Origin: a bacterium
GTDB taxonomy: Bacteria > Patescibacteriota > UBA1384 > CAILIB01
Assembly: GCA_037131105.1 (NCBI GenBank)
Contig: JBAXRQ010000001.1
Coordinates: 322,039 to 386,038, forward strand
DNA: 64,000 bases
Direction of reading: 5' to 3'
Of the stretch, positions 28,054-37,997 are shown piece after piece. The stretch's first letter is position 1; each line of letters begins with the position of its first letter. A program made the position numbers and the translations under genes. The notes under the pieces are model-generated. The model had not been told where the DNA came from and did no database searches. It worked only from the letters and a program-made list of their open reading frames with translations.

Positions 28054-28848
28054 GTGGATGATGACCACATCATCATACTAAAAACAGCAGTCGAAAGATA
28101 TATGCTCAGTGCGCTCTTTTCATGGATACTGCGGCCGCATCCGGTAGTATTTAGTCTAGGAAGTCTTACTCTCTACACGCACGCCCTGTTCTTCGCCTTG
28201 GGGGCTGAAGTGTCTCTTTTAATGGCAACATTTTTGGCTCGTACGACAAAGCTTTCGGATGAAAAGGTGGGGGGATGGATACTTACCATTTTTGTCACCG
28301 GTTTAGTAGCTGCCCGCCTGGGGTACTTTATCTCGTATCCTAGCCAGTTTCAGGACGTCTCCCAGGTACTTGCTATCTGGCAAGGGGGACTGGTCTCGTA
28401 TTTTGGCCTGGCGGGCGGTATTGGTGTTGCCTTCTGGCTGCTCCGTGGGATGTCGGCGGCTGAGCGCTGGCGCTGGCTGGATATCCTCTGCGTGGCCGCC
28501 CTTGCTGGGTGGGCGGTGGGACGTATTGGTAATTATTATGCGGCAGACTCGGTAGGAGTGGCTTCTACATGGTGGAGCGTATTTTACGGGCGGGTGCCCA
28601 TCCAACTATTCGAATCGGTACTGACTTTGATCTTGGCCTTTTCCGGATGGCAGTGGTGGGGCCGTTTCAAGCCAGGGGGACTGGCAGTGCTGCTCTCCGC
28701 TGGATACCTGGCCGGACGGTTCATTATCGACATGTGGCGGGATGAAAGCACGGCTGGACCCCTGCACCTGAGTCAGTGGGTCTGCCTGCTTGCTGTCATC
28801 CTGCTTATTCCCCTAATACTCCGGCGTGTCCGTCCGGCTGCCTCTTAG
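28054..28848 (+). CDS. lgt: prolipoprotein diacylglyceryl transferase
   Basis: ...IWQGGLVSYFGLAGG... and the Lgt signature GRIGNYYAADSVG (GRxGN). Polytopic. Confidence 0.85.
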   Translation: MDDDHIIILKTAVERYMLSALFSWILRPHPVVFSLGSLTLYTHALFFALGAEVSLLMATFLARTTKLSDEKVGGWILTIFVTGLVAARLGYFISYPSQFQDVSQVLAIWQGGLVSYFGLAGGIGVAFWLLRGMSAAERWRWLDILCVAALAGWAVGRIGNYYAADSVGVASTWWSVFYGRVPIQLFESVLTLILAFSGWQWWGRFKPGGLAVLLSAGYLAGRFIIDMWRDESTAGPLHLSQWVCLLAVILLIPLILRRVRPAAS

Positions 28849-29218
28849 TCTCGGTCTTGCTGCCCTGGGAGCTGACCAGGCCGTTTCCTGGTGGGTTCTG
28901 GACTTTCATCAGGAATGGGCTCACAGTCACCCGTTCTTTCCCTGGGGAGTGGCTCCCTATAACATCTTGGCTGCGGTGGCTTGTCTGCTGCTTCTGGCCT
29001 TGCTGACCCGTGCCAGCCATTATTACGCAGTGGGACTGAGCCTGCTGGTGGCCGGTCTTTTCAGTAACGCCCTCAGCTATCTCTTCTACGGTCATTTTGT
29101 TGACTACCTGCCTACCGGCGTCAGTTACACAAATGCAGCCGACCTGGTAATCCTGGTCGGCTGCATTCTGCTGGCGGTCGGTCTGGTCTCTAGCTCTTCT
29201 TCGCGACGACAGACTTGA
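28826..29218 (+). CDS. lspA: lipoprotein signal peptidase II (short, 130 aa)
   Basis: GTG start. ...ADQAVSWWV..., GHFVDYLP and TNAADLV match the LspA catalytic Asp motifs (VVDF / FNxAD). Overlaps the lgt 3' end in another frame. Confidence 0.6.
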   Translation: MSVRLPLSLGLAALGADQAVSWWVLDFHQEWAHSHPFFPWGVAPYNILAAVACLLLLALLTRASHYYAVGLSLLVAGLFSNALSYLFYGHFVDYLPTGVSYTNAADLVILVGCILLAVGLVSSSSSRRQT

Positions 29219-29546
29219 TGAGCGCGTCGAGAGCGGCGGGCTCATTGATGGCCATTTCGGAAAGCATCTTGCGATTCACGCCCATGCCTGACTTGTTGGC
29301 GAGGTCCATGAAGGTGCTGTAGGAAAGGTCATGCTGACGGACAGCGGCGTTGATGGTGACGATCCAGCCGCGGCGCAGCTGACGCTTTTTGGTGCGACGG
29401 TCACGGTAGGCGAACTGGCCGGCCTTAAGCAGGGCCTCATTGGCACGCTTGAACAGCTTGCGGCGCCCTGTGTGGAAACCCTTGGCTCGCTCGAGCAGGG
29501 CTGCGTGACGCTTGTGGGTGGTGGTTCCTCGTTTAACGCGTGGCAT
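29190..29546 (-). CDS. rplT: 50S ribosomal protein L20
   Basis: MPRVKRGTTTHKRHAALLERAKGFHTGRRKLFKRANEAL... Confidence 0.95.
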   Translation of the reverse strand: MPRVKRGTTTHKRHAALLERAKGFHTGRRKLFKRANEALLKAGQFAYRDRRTKKRQLRRGWIVTINAAVRQHDLSYSTFMDLANKSGMGVNRKMLSEMAINEPAALDALIKSVVAKKS

Positions 29547-29567
29547 GTGGATCCTTAGAGAGTGGGT

Positions 29568-29762
29568 TTAAAGGTAAGGGAGCAGACGGGAAAGGCGCTT
29601 GACGCTGACCCGGGAAACCAGCTTGTAGCCCTTGGCAGCTGCCAGGACGCGACCCGACTTGTTGTGACGCAGGTGCTGGGCGGAGTTGGTAGGCTGCACG
29701 AGCTTACCGCTGCCGGTCTTGCGAATACGCTTGGAAGTGGTCTTGTGAGTTCTGAGCTTCAT
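29568..29762 (-). CDS. rpmI: 50S ribosomal protein L35
   Basis: MKLRTHKTTSKRIRKTGSGKLV... Confidence 0.9.
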   Translation of the reverse strand: MKLRTHKTTSKRIRKTGSGKLVQPTNSAQHLRHNKSGRVLAAAKGYKLVSRVSVKRLSRLLPYL

Positions 29763-30217
29763 GACTTCTTTTCCTTAAGTAATACTGACATTTGCTTGCC
29801 CTGGCGCTGGATGGGCTGCTCGTATTCGAGGCCGACCATGTCGCGGAACTTGTCGAGCTGTTCGGCAGCCTTCTCCTTGAAGGCCATCTCGCGACCGACA
29901 AGCTTCAGTCGAAGCTTTAGGCGGTGTCCCTCACTGAGAAAGCGCTTGGCCTGGTTCAACTTGACCTCAAGGTCGCCGGCGCCGGTGTTGTAACTGAGAC
30001 GAATCTCCTTTACCTCCTGGGTCTTCTTGGCCTTGTTCTTGCGAAGCTTGCGCTCCTGCTCGTATTTGAACTTACCGTAATCAAGGATGCGGGCGACCGG
30101 AGGAGTAGCCTGGGGTCCTACCAGCACTAGATCCATCTCTGCCTCTTCGGCCAAAGCCTGGGCGGCAGCGAGGTCTATCTCGCCGTGCGACTCGCCATCC
30201 TGATCAATCAAAAACAC
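29759..30217 (-). CDS. infC: translation initiation factor IF-3 (ORF-track start is GTG; the true start is probably an upstream non-canonical AUA at 30275-30277)
   Basis: ...VFLIDQDGESHGEIDLAAAQALAEEAEMDLVLV...ARILDYGKFKYE... The in-frame upstream continuation AASTNLPINQRIRAAR aligns with IF3 N-termini and begins at an ATA codon just after a TAA stop. Confidence 0.85.
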   Translation of the reverse strand: MFLIDQDGESHGEIDLAAAQALAEEAEMDLVLVGPQATPPVARILDYGKFKYEQERKLRKNKAKKTQEVKEIRLSYNTGAGDLEVKLNQAKRFLSEGHRLKLRLKLVGREMAFKEKAAEQLDKFRDMVGLEYEQPIQRQGKQMSVLLKEKKS

Positions 30218-30435
30218 CCGTGCTGCACGGATACGCTGATTGATGGGGAGGTTGGTGCTTGCGGCTATACGGTGTACTTAGTCCTTTGGTCAAGGGTTAC
30301 AGTACCAGATTTACCTACCTGACGTCAATACTATGCAGCCGGCGATTCCTTGAGACTGCTGTATGCATCGCCCCCTTCTTGAGACTACCCTCTATTTCTG
30401 GTACTATCTCGGTATTCCAGATGGGGAGAGCGAAC

Positions 30436-30645
30436 ATGATTTCAGATAAGGAGCGTCTGGCAGTTGTAAGGGCGCGTGTAAAGGGGGCGGCCATGGCCGC
30501 CGGAGGATTATGGCTTGTGGCATTGTTGCTCATGGTCGCGACACCGACAAAAGAGCCAGGAGCCATGGGTCACGTAATCTTTCTACATCTTGTCAATGGT
30601 GCTGCAGTAGCTGCAATAGTGGTGATGGTTCTTCGACGGTTATGA
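30436..30645 (+). CDS. hypothetical small membrane protein (~70 aa)
   Basis: GGGGAGAG RBS 5 nt before the ATG; two hydrophobic helices (LWLVALLLMVATP, AAVAAIVVMVLRRL). Confidence 0.3.
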   Translation: MISDKERLAVVRARVKGAAMAAGGLWLVALLLMVATPTKEPGAMGHVIFLHLVNGAAVAAIVVMVLRRL

Positions 30646-30693
30646 GGCATCATCGAGATCACCGGTCCTGGGGATGTATTCCCAGGACCATTT

Positions 30694-31446
30694 TTATACT
30701 TGCGCGGTACTTCGGCTAACGATGAGTCTCAGCGGTTTCTCCTGGGTGTCGTAGGTGGCGGGGGTGGTGCAGAACTCGGCTCCGGCCACCATGACGCGGT
30801 GGCTTCCTTCGGTGGTAAGCTCGGCTTTTTCCACCTCAAAACGTGAGTCCATGGGTAGGGAAGACGCCTGCTTAAGCAGTCCTGAAAGCAGACCCTTGCG
30901 CTTAGGCTGGGGATGGGTAATCTCGATGAGTAGGCGGCCTGCCTGCCCCGGTTCCCCGGCAAGAGGGGTTATACTGAGCTCCCCGCCCTGGCCCTTTACG
31001 GTAAAATCCGGTGAAACCAGGGTAAATCCTGCTCCGTCCGGGAGAGAGACGGTGGCGGGAGTAAGAAAGCACATACCTTGGTTCAAAAGGCCTAAGCGTA
31101 CTGGCTGCCAGCGTCTACGCTTCAAAGCATCGGCTGCTTCTTTCCAGGCACTAACTCCGGTCAGGAGCTCGATGTCGGGGTTTTCTTGGAAAGGGATGAT
31201 GCCAAATACGACGTCGTGGGGTTCGAGGCCACGTGCCACCTGGTTTATGAGCTCCACACCGCCGACGGCGATGATGGTAGAGTAGCGTTTACCGATGGCG
31301 AGTTGAATAAGATCTTCGACGCTTCTACCAGGTGTAGGTGCCGTCATCTCACCGGCAATGCCAATAGTAGCGAGGTACTCCTTTATCTGGGCGGTGCGCT
31401 CGTATTCTTTGGCTTCAAGTGGCGGCTCGAAAATATAATAGTACAT
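30694..31446 (-). CDS. diacylglycerol-kinase catalytic-domain (YegS/BmrU)-like protein, degenerate GGDG motif
   Basis: ...STIIAVGGVELINQVARGL...VVFGIIPFQENPDIELL resembles DAGK_cat (VVxGGDGT...GIIPxGTxN), but the Asp-Gly-Thr residues are replaced. Confidence 0.45.
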   Translation of the reverse strand: MYYYIFEPPLEAKEYERTAQIKEYLATIGIAGEMTAPTPGRSVEDLIQLAIGKRYSTIIAVGGVELINQVARGLEPHDVVFGIIPFQENPDIELLTGVSAWKEAADALKRRRWQPVRLGLLNQGMCFLTPATVSLPDGAGFTLVSPDFTVKGQGGELSITPLAGEPGQAGRLLIEITHPQPKRKGLLSGLLKQASSLPMDSRFEVEKAELTTEGSHRVMVAGAEFCTTPATYDTQEKPLRLIVSRSTAQV

Positions 31447-31455
31447 GAGCGCCCC

Positions 31456-31836
31456 TTACTCTACCTCAAGGCGGGGTCGCTTTTTGGGTTCTGTGGGCCC
31501 TTCGCTACCGGGTAGGTTCATCTGGGACTTGCCGATAAAGACGGCTCCTGGCCGGATGGAGAGGCGCTGGGTGGTGAGGTCACCCTTTACCAGGCTCTTT
31601 GGCTGCAGCTCGATCTGCTCTTCAGCGGTAATGGAGCCGTGTACTTGTCCGGCCACTTCGACCTGCTTGGCAGTAATGGGACCGTGGATGATGGCAGTCT
31701 CTCCGATGAGGACGGTAGCCTCGGAGACGATGTCGCCAGTGACCTGGCCGTGGATATGGATAGACCCGGGGTTATGAATGGAGCCTTTCAGCTCTACCTG
31801 GGCACCAACTATGGTATCGACTTGCTCTGCGGCCAT
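31456..31836 (-). CDS. bactofilin (DUF583) cytoskeletal protein
   Basis: Repetitive β-helical pattern ...VELKGSIHNPGSIHIHGQVTGDIVSEATVLIGETAIIHGPITAKQVEVAGQVHGSITAEEQIELQ... Confidence 0.8.
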   Translation of the reverse strand: MAAEQVDTIVGAQVELKGSIHNPGSIHIHGQVTGDIVSEATVLIGETAIIHGPITAKQVEVAGQVHGSITAEEQIELQPKSLVKGDLTTQRLSIRPGAVFIGKSQMNLPGSEGPTEPKKRPRLEVE

Positions 31837-31960
31837 GGGGGGAGTTAGTGGGTGATGTTCTTACTATACCGTCCAAGGGCCCGGCGACTCAAGCCTGAAA
31901 ATGCGAACGGCCCGCCCTCCCTTGTAGGGGAGAGCGGGCCGGTGGCTAATGGTGCTGGCC

Positions 31961-32425
31961 TTAGGTCAGGGGGTCGAGTCTAGGGAACGAGCCCTTTTCC
32001 AAGAGGCGTAGCATGGGATCGAAGTGGTCTTCCTGCAGTCGAATGCGACAGAGTACCTTTGAGGCATAGTAATATCCCTCATGGAGGACCACAGGTTTTG
32101 CACCATGAGCCTTCTCAGCCGTTATTCTGACAATGTAGGTGACCAGCGCCTTGCCGTCATTGGCAATGCAATGCGGCAGCATGGTTACGATCACCTGCCG
32201 TGAGTGGAAGCTTGCCTTGGCATGGAACGACTTGGAGTTGATGTCGCCAAGGCACAACAGTGCCAAAAACAGAATGGCAGCTTCTACTGTTAGGAGTAAG
32301 GCGAGCAGGAAGGCTACTGGCGAAGTGCTCCGGAGGACCATCGCCAATACTAGTCCGGTCAGGCCCATCACGACCAGGATGATACCGATCGCCTTCAACA
32401 TGCCCTGTTTCGTTGCAAAACTCAT
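31961..32425 (-). CDS. hypothetical membrane protein (2 TM + ~90-aa soluble domain; bPH_2/YdbS-like architecture)
   Basis: Internal ATG (MSFATKQG...) chosen. TM1 LKAIGIILVVMGLTGLVLAMVL, TM2 VAFLLALLLTVEAAILFLALLCL. Confidence 0.4.
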   Translation of the reverse strand: MSFATKQGMLKAIGIILVVMGLTGLVLAMVLRSTSPVAFLLALLLTVEAAILFLALLCLGDINSKSFHAKASFHSRQVIVTMLPHCIANDGKALVTYIVRITAEKAHGAKPVVLHEGYYYASKVLCRIRLQEDHFDPMLRLLEKGSFPRLDPLT

Positions 32426-32502
32426 TACATACCTTTCAAACAAGATTTCAGGGTTGGTTATACCTCTTTTCCCTGAAAATGTCAAGGTCCTACGCCCCTC
32501 TG

Positions 32503-32970
32503 TCATGAGCTGAGGCTGGCAAAATCGTTTAGCTTGATTCTCCCGAGGCGCGGGAGAAGCCAGTTCTCGTATACCGCTTGAGGATGACAGTCTTTGGGTA
32601 TCCATATGCTTGTCTGCACATAGACTCCACCTTTTCCCCATGTTATCTCCTCGCAGCTGAGTGTGTACTGTAGATTTCCCGTGCAGTTTGGCTGCGAGCT
32701 CGGTAGTTCAAGGCTGACCAGCATCGTTTGTCCGGTATCCGTTCGGACGAGCTCGGAGTAAGAGCGGTCGTAGCGGTAGTTGAAATCACGGTGGTTACGC
32801 ATCATCCACCGGAGTAGATCGAGGCCGATAAGTCCAATGATCAATGACAGTACCAGGTTGTCATCAAAGCCCGATGCCAGGTATCCTAGTCCAGCAGTAA
32901 TAGATACAACAGCTACTGCATTGGCTAGAAATATCAGGTCAAGCAAACAGCTGAACGTTGTCTTTTGCAT
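32503..32970 (-). CDS. hypothetical membrane protein, same 2-TM + soluble-domain architecture as the downstream neighbour
   Basis: ATG with AGGAAA RBS (MQKTTFSCLLDLIFLANAVAVVSITAGLGYL...LSLIIGLIGLDLL...). Confidence 0.4.
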   Translation of the reverse strand: MQKTTFSCLLDLIFLANAVAVVSITAGLGYLASGFDDNLVLSLIIGLIGLDLLRWMMRNHRDFNYRYDRSYSELVRTDTGQTMLVSLELPSSQPNCTGNLQYTLSCEEITWGKGGVYVQTSIWIPKDCHPQAVYENWLLPRLGRIKLNDFASLSS

Positions 32971-33121
32971 CTCATTTCCTTTCACGGCAGGGTGCCGTAC
33001 AAGGGATTAATAGCCGACTCCGCTTGAAAGAGCAAGAGACTTGCCTAAACCCTGGAAATCTGGTAAGCTATGGCCACTTTGAGTGAACTGCCCTCCCAGA
33101 AGATATAATCTCGATTACCGC

Positions 33122-35986
33122 ATGGACAACATTGTTATCACCGGGGCCCGTGAGCACAACCTGAAGAATGTCTCTTTGAGCATTCCCCGCGACAAGCTGG
33201 TGGTAATCACCGGCCTTTCTGGCTCTGGTAAGTCGTCTCTTGCCTTCGATACTCTCTACGCCGAGGGCCAGCGTCGCTACGTTGAGTCCCTGTCCGCCTA
33301 TGCACGGCAGTTCCTTGGCATGATGGAAAAGCCTGATGTTGATTATATCGAGGGTCTTTCTCCCGCTATCTCCATTGACCAGAAGTCGGCCACCCGTAAC
33401 CCACGCTCTACCGTTGGTACCGTCACGGAGGTCTACGACTATATGCGTCTGCTCTTCGCCCGTGTCGGCACCGTCCACTGTCACATCTGTGGAAAACTGG
33501 TCTCGAAGCTCTCAGCTAGCCAGATGGTGGATAAGGTACTCGAGCAGTTTATGGACCAGAAGATCATGCTGCTTTCGCCCATGGTGCGTGACCGTAAGGG
33601 TGAGCACCGCCAGGTATTCCAGCAGATCCAAAAGGCCGGCTATGCCCGTGTCCGGGTGGACGGCAACCAGATGGACCTCGAGGAGGCCCTGGGAATGGAG
33701 CTGGACAAGCAGAAGAAGCACACCATCGAAGTTATCGTCGACCGTCTACAGCTGACCGGTGCCCGTCTGGGAGCCTCTGAGCGCAATACCCAGATCGAGC
33801 AGGACAGCCAGCGGGTACGCCTACTGGACTCGGTAGAGAAGTCCCTGCGTCTTTCCGAGGGTAAGCTTCTGGTCGCCGAGTACGAGGGTGACCGCGAGGT
33901 GTACTACTCCGAGGACTTCTACTGCTTCACCGACGATATCTCTCTTCCTGAGATCGAACCCCGTGCTTTTTCCTTTAACAGTCCTCACGGCGCCTGTCCT
34001 ACCTGCCAGGGTCTAGGCCGCCTGCAGCAGATCGACCCCGAATTGGTGGTGCCTAATGAGCGCCTGACCATCGCTGAGGGCGCTATCCGCCCCTGGAGCC
34101 GATCTACGAGCTTTGACAGCTGGTACCTGCGCATCATGGAAGAGGTGGCTGAGCAGAACAAAATTGACCTGAATGTAGCCTGGGAAAAGCTTCCCGAGAC
34201 TGATCGCCAGATGGTACTTTACGGTACTGGTGAGAAGCGCTATACGGTCGGCGGCTACGCTACTTCCTATGAAGGCGTCATCCCGAACCTAGGCCGTCGC
34301 TACAAGGAGACTGATTCGGAGTACGTTCGTGGTGAGATCGAGAAATACATGGTTGAGGAGCCCTGCAAGGCTTGTGAGGGCGGTCGCTTGCGTCCTGAAG
34401 TATTGGGTGTAAAGGTGATGGACAAGAATATCGTCGAGGTAAACCAAATGCCTATCGCTGAGGGCCTGGCCTTTTTCAAACGACTGGCTGACGGTGAGTC
34501 CCTGACCGAAAACCAGAAGCTTATCGCCCGACAGATCTTCAAGGAGATCTGCTCCCGTCTGCAGTTCCTGCTCGATGTCGGCCTTTCCTATCTAACTCTC
34601 GACCGTTCTGCCAACACGTTGGCGGGTGGTGAGGCTCAGCGTATCCGTCTGGCTACCCAGATCGGTTCTGGACTTACTGGGGTGCTCTACATCCTGGATG
34701 AGCCTTCTATCGGCCTCCACCAGCGTGACAATACCCGTTTGCTGGAGACTCTAAAGATGCTACGTGACCTGGGTAATACCGTCCTGGTAGTCGAGCACGA
34801 CGAAGAGACTATGATGGAAGCCGATCACCTTATCGACATCGGCCCCGGCGCTGGAAAGCACGGCGGTACGGTCGTGGCCCAGGGTACTCCCCAAGAAGTA
34901 GCAGCCAATCCTGACTCCATTACCGGTCAGTACCTTTCTGGAACTAAGAAGATCGACATTCCTAAGAAGCGCCGTCGAAATGACGGTCGTCACTTGGAAA
35001 TAGTCGGTGCCAAGGAGAATAACCTGCAGAATGTCGACGTGAAGATCCCCCTTGGTCTCTTCGTGGTTATTACCGGCGTCTCTGGCTCAGGTAAGTCTAC
35101 CCTCATCAATGACATCCTGGCCAAATCCCTGAATCAGACCTTCTTCCGAGCTAAAGACAACCCAGGTAAGCATAAGGAGATTCGCGGCGTCGACCACCTG
35201 AACAAGGTCATCGACATTGACCAGAGCCCTATCGGCCGCACTCCTCGCTCAAACCCTGCCACCTATACGGGAATGTTCACGGTTATCCGCGACATGTTCT
35301 CGTCCACACCTGAGGCACGCGCTCGTGGCTACAAGACCGGACGCTTCTCCTTCAATATGAAGGGTGGACGCTGCGAGACCTGTTCTGGTGACGGCGTTAT
35401 TAAGATTGAGATGAATTTTTTGCCCGATGTCTACGTGACCTGTGAGGAGTGTAAGGGTAAGCGCTACAACCGCGAGACCCTTGAGATCCTCTACAAGGGC
35501 AAGAATATCTCAGAAGTACTGGATATGACCGTCGAGGAGGCTAACGAATTCTTTGCAGCCATTCCCGCGATTGCTCAGAAACTGCAGGTACTGACAGATG
35601 TTGGTCTGGGCTACATGCACATCGGCCAGCCCGCTACTACTCTTTCGGGTGGTGAGGCCCAGCGTATCAAGCTGGCTTCCGAGCTGTCCCGCCGTGCTAC
35701 CGGCAAGACCCTGTATATTTTGGACGAGCCTACCACCGGCCTGCACTTCGAGGATGTCAAGAAACTTCTCGTGGTACTCCAGGCACTTGTTGAAAAGGGC
35801 AATTCCATCCTGGTCATCGAGCACAACCTCGACGTGATCAAGAGCGCTGACTGGCTCGTGGATATGGGACCTGAAGGAGGTTCTGGTGGAGGATTAGTGG
35901 TAGCCGAGGGTACGCCTGAGGACGTGGCCAAGGTAAAGGCAAGTCATACCGGAAGGTATCTGATCCCGCTTCTCAAAAAGGGTTAA
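33122..35986 (+). CDS. uvrA: excinuclease ABC subunit A
   Basis: Two ABC ATPase modules ([34 protein letters not shown]; second Walker [14 protein letters not shown]) with zinc-finger CxxC pairs and LSGGEAQR signature motifs. ATG at 33122 ([14 protein letters not shown]); the track start at 33083 is GTG. Confidence 0.95.
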   Translation: MDNIVITGAREHNLKNVSLSIPRDKLVVITGLSGSGKSSLAFDTLYAEGQRRYVESLSAYARQFLGMMEKPDVDYIEGLSPAISIDQKSATRNPRSTVGTVTEVYDYMRLLFARVGTVHCHICGKLVSKLSASQMVDKVLEQFMDQKIMLLSPMVRDRKGEHRQVFQQIQKAGYARVRVDGNQMDLEEALGMELDKQKKHTIEVIVDRLQLTGARLGASERNTQIEQDSQRVRLLDSVEKSLRLSEGKLLVAEYEGDREVYYSEDFYCFTDDISLPEIEPRAFSFNSPHGACPTCQGLGRLQQIDPELVVPNERLTIAEGAIRPWSRSTSFDSWYLRIMEEVAEQNKIDLNVAWEKLPETDRQMVLYGTGEKRYTVGGYATSYEGVIPNLGRRYKETDSEYVRGEIEKYMVEEPCKACEGGRLRPEVLGVKVMDKNIVEVNQMPIAEGLAFFKRLADGESLTENQKLIARQIFKEICSRLQFLLDVGLSYLTLDRSANTLAGGEAQRIRLATQIGSGLTGVLYILDEPSIGLHQRDNTRLLETLKMLRDLGNTVLVVEHDEETMMEADHLIDIGPGAGKHGGTVVAQGTPQEVAANPDSITGQYLSGTKKIDIPKKRRRNDGRHLEIVGAKENNLQNVDVKIPLGLFVVITGVSGSGKSTLINDILAKSLNQTFFRAKDNPGKHKEIRGVDHLNKVIDIDQSPIGRTPRSNPATYTGMFTVIRDMFSSTPEARARGYKTGRFSFNMKGGRCETCSGDGVIKIEMNFLPDVYVTCEECKGKRYNRETLEILYKGKNISEVLDMTVEEANEFFAAIPAIAQKLQVLTDVGLGYMHIGQPATTLSGGEAQRIKLASELSRRATGKTLYILDEPTTGLHFEDVKKLLVVLQALVEKGNSILVIEHNLDVIKSADWLVDMGPEGGSGGGLVVAEGTPEDVAKVKASHTGRYLIPLLKKG

Positions 35987-35987
35987 T

Positions 35988-36026
35988 ACAAAAAAAGAAG
36001 GCCGCCCCACCGGGCGGTCTTTTTGG
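35988..36026 (+). terminator. rho-independent terminator (gaaggccgccccaccgggcggtctttttgg)
   Basis: GC-rich 8-bp stem + T-run immediately 3' of uvrA. Confidence 0.7.
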
Positions 36027-36038
36027 TATAGTGGGGCC

Positions 36039-36287
36039 ATGAACATAGGCGACTTCAAGCTAGGGATCTGCCGTCACTACAAGGGACCACATTATAAGGT
36101 TCTGACCTTGGCACGCCTGCACGATACGTATGAAGAGGTAGTGATCTATGAAGCTCTCTTCGATATACCCGACTTTGGCGACCATGCCGTCTGGGTGCGG
36201 CCGGTAAGCGGATTTCTCGAGGAGGTCGTGGTAGATGGGGTGTGCGTACCTCGCTTCGAGTGGATAGGGGAGAACGAAGATGCCTAA
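36039..36287 (+). CDS. DUF1653-family small protein
   Basis: ...GICRHYKGPHYKVLTLARLHDTYEEVVIYEALF... matches the DUF1653 pattern (YRHYKGxxYxV...SE..E..V.Y). Confidence 0.55.
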   Translation: MNIGDFKLGICRHYKGPHYKVLTLARLHDTYEEVVIYEALFDIPDFGDHAVWVRPVSGFLEEVVVDGVCVPRFEWIGENEDA

Positions 36288-36888
36288 GCCAGTAGTCGTC
36301 GGTATGGATGAGGTGGGTCGGGGTGCCTTGGCTGGGCCCGTACTGGTGGCCTGTGTCTACTTCAATGCCAAGACCCAGGCCGAGCTGCCCTTGATCCTAG
36401 AGGTGGCTGGTCTAAAGAAGCTGAGGGACTCAAAGCAGCTGACTGCCAAACAGCGTGAACGAGTCTACCAAGCCGCCTTCTGCAACATCCAGTGGAGCAA
36501 CGGCTGGGCCCTTCCCTCTGAGATTGACGAGCTTGGTCTCTCGGCCGCCGTGAAGCTGGCGGCCGACCGGGCCTTGGACATGCTGAAGCGCCTGGGCGGG
36601 GAGCCTGGCCTGGTCCGCGCTGACGCCGGGCTTTTTCATTCATTGGAAGACACTATCCCCACTGAGCGGCACATAAAGGGGGATGAGAGATTTCCTGAGA
36701 TCGGACTTGCCTCGATTTTAGCTAAAGTGACTAGAGACAAGATGATGCGAGAGCTGGACGAGACGTTTCCCGGATATGGATTTGTTAGGAATGTGGGGTA
36801 TGGCACGCCCGAGCATTTGGCGGCGCTGCGGAAGCTGGGATCTAGTCCAGAACACCGGAAATTGTTTCTTAGAAAGCTGGGTATCTGA
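36280..36888 (+). CDS. rnhB: ribonuclease HII
   Basis: ...VVGMDEVGRGALAGPVLVACVYF... catalytic DEVGRG motif; overlaps the previous gene by 8 nt. Confidence 0.9.
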   Translation: MPKPVVVGMDEVGRGALAGPVLVACVYFNAKTQAELPLILEVAGLKKLRDSKQLTAKQRERVYQAAFCNIQWSNGWALPSEIDELGLSAAVKLAADRALDMLKRLGGEPGLVRADAGLFHSLEDTIPTERHIKGDERFPEIGLASILAKVTRDKMMRELDETFPGYGFVRNVGYGTPEHLAALRKLGSSPEHRKLFLRKLGI

Positions 36889-36956
36889 GTAAGGGTGGTA
36901 AATACCGTAGGTTATGGTAGCCTATATCCAGGCCATTGGCTGAAAGGAGGCTGGCT

Positions 36957-37295
36957 ATGCAGTATATGCGGTCACGTCCGAAGGGCATTATTACCCATAC
37001 CCTGTATGAAAGAGCGCGGAGAGATATCGAAGAGTTGTTTCGTGAAGGAGAAGGAACGGGAAAGGTGGGAAGTACTAAAGAGTTTGTCTGCGTCGAACTG
37101 TGCCGGGCTAAAGATAATCGTTGTTTCTATTTTCGTGTTTCGACGGTTGCCGGCGTGAGGCATTTTCTGGACAAGGAGTATGACGGTACCATCACTTGGT
37201 TCTATGGGGAGCCGGGACATCAGGCCGGTGGTGATCGCTATCTACGCATTGGCTTACTGCGATCTCTCACGATGCGTTTGAAGGAGAGAAGCTAG
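36957..37295 (+). CDS. hypothetical protein (112 aa)
   Basis: AAAGGAGG RBS 6 nt upstream of the ATG at 36957. Confidence 0.4.
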   Translation: MQYMRSRPKGIITHTLYERARRDIEELFREGEGTGKVGSTKEFVCVELCRAKDNRCFYFRVSTVAGVRHFLDKEYDGTITWFYGEPGHQAGGDRYLRIGLLRSLTMRLKERS

Positions 37296-37353
37296 TCTTT
37301 CCATAGTTGACTGTTTTTGGTACGGTACTGCCAATACCCCGGAGGAGGAGAAT

Positions 37354-37494
37354 ATGGAACCTCAAAAGCTCGTGTTGTATCTTGTCTTGGCCGTTATCGT
37401 AGGATTTGGTGCGATATGGATTCATACTCCCGGCCCCGCCCTGGCTATGCGTCCTCTGTCGTTCCCGACTACAATTACCGCTTCTGTGCGGTAA
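37354..37494 (+). CDS. hypothetical 46-aa hydrophobic peptide (MEPQKLVLYLVLAVIVGFGAIWIHTPGPALAMRPLSFPTTITASVR)
   Basis: Not in the ORF track (<60 aa). Perfect GGAGGAGGAG Shine-Dalgarno 3-6 nt upstream, single TM helix. It reads in a different frame from the 79-aa track ORF 37317..37556, which has no RBS. Confidence 0.35.
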   Translation: MEPQKLVLYLVLAVIVGFGAIWIHTPGPALAMRPLSFPTTITASVR

Positions 37495-37584
37495 GGTCTC
37501 ATCAGAAACTGTCGCTGTATCTACGGATCGGCGGCATTTTCGTGTCCAGTGAGTGACACTTCCAGGTCAATATGATATGGTGAG

Positions 37585-37952
37585 GGCGCTTCCAACCATC
37601 CAAGGCAGTCGCTTTTCGGGAAACCGACGAGAGGAAAGTCCGGGCAGGCAACAGCGACGGTAGTCGGGAAATCCGACCGGGCGTGAGCCCCGAGACAGTC
37701 GCAACAGAAAGCAAACCGCCAGCGGCCCGAAAGGGTGCGGGCAAGGGTGAAACTGTGTGGTAAGAGCACACACGGCCGCCAGGTGACTGGCGCCGCGGTA
37801 AACCTTACCGGCCTGCAAGGTGGGTTGGGCTGGACGGCATAACTCAGCTGGAGGTGTCGAACGGATCCCACCGCGTAGATAGATGGCTGCCGCGTCGCAT
37901 TACCGAGAGGTGGCGGCGTACAGAACCCGGCTTATTAAGATGATTGGAAGCA
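37585..37952 (+). ncRNA. rnpB: RNase P RNA, bacterial type A
   Basis: Hallmark P4 sequence GAGGAAAGTCCGGGC near the 5' end and ACAGAACCCGGCTTA at the 3' end. P1 pairing between cttccaaccatc (37589-37600) and gatgattggaag (37939-37950). Ends approximate (+/-10 nt). Confidence 0.85.
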
Positions 37953-37986
37953 AAAGAAAGAGACTCCTGGAGGTCTCTTTCTTTTG
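37953..37986 (+). terminator. terminator hairpin aaagaaagagactcc-tgg-aggtctctttcttt after rnpB
   Basis: 15-bp perfect stem read directly. Confidence 0.65.
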
Positions 37987-37997
37987 CTGGAAAGCGT

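Noticed and set aside
33068-33484. 138-aa minus-strand ORF overlapping the uvrA start
   Set aside because: Antisense to the uvrA N-terminal ABC domain; no independent support.
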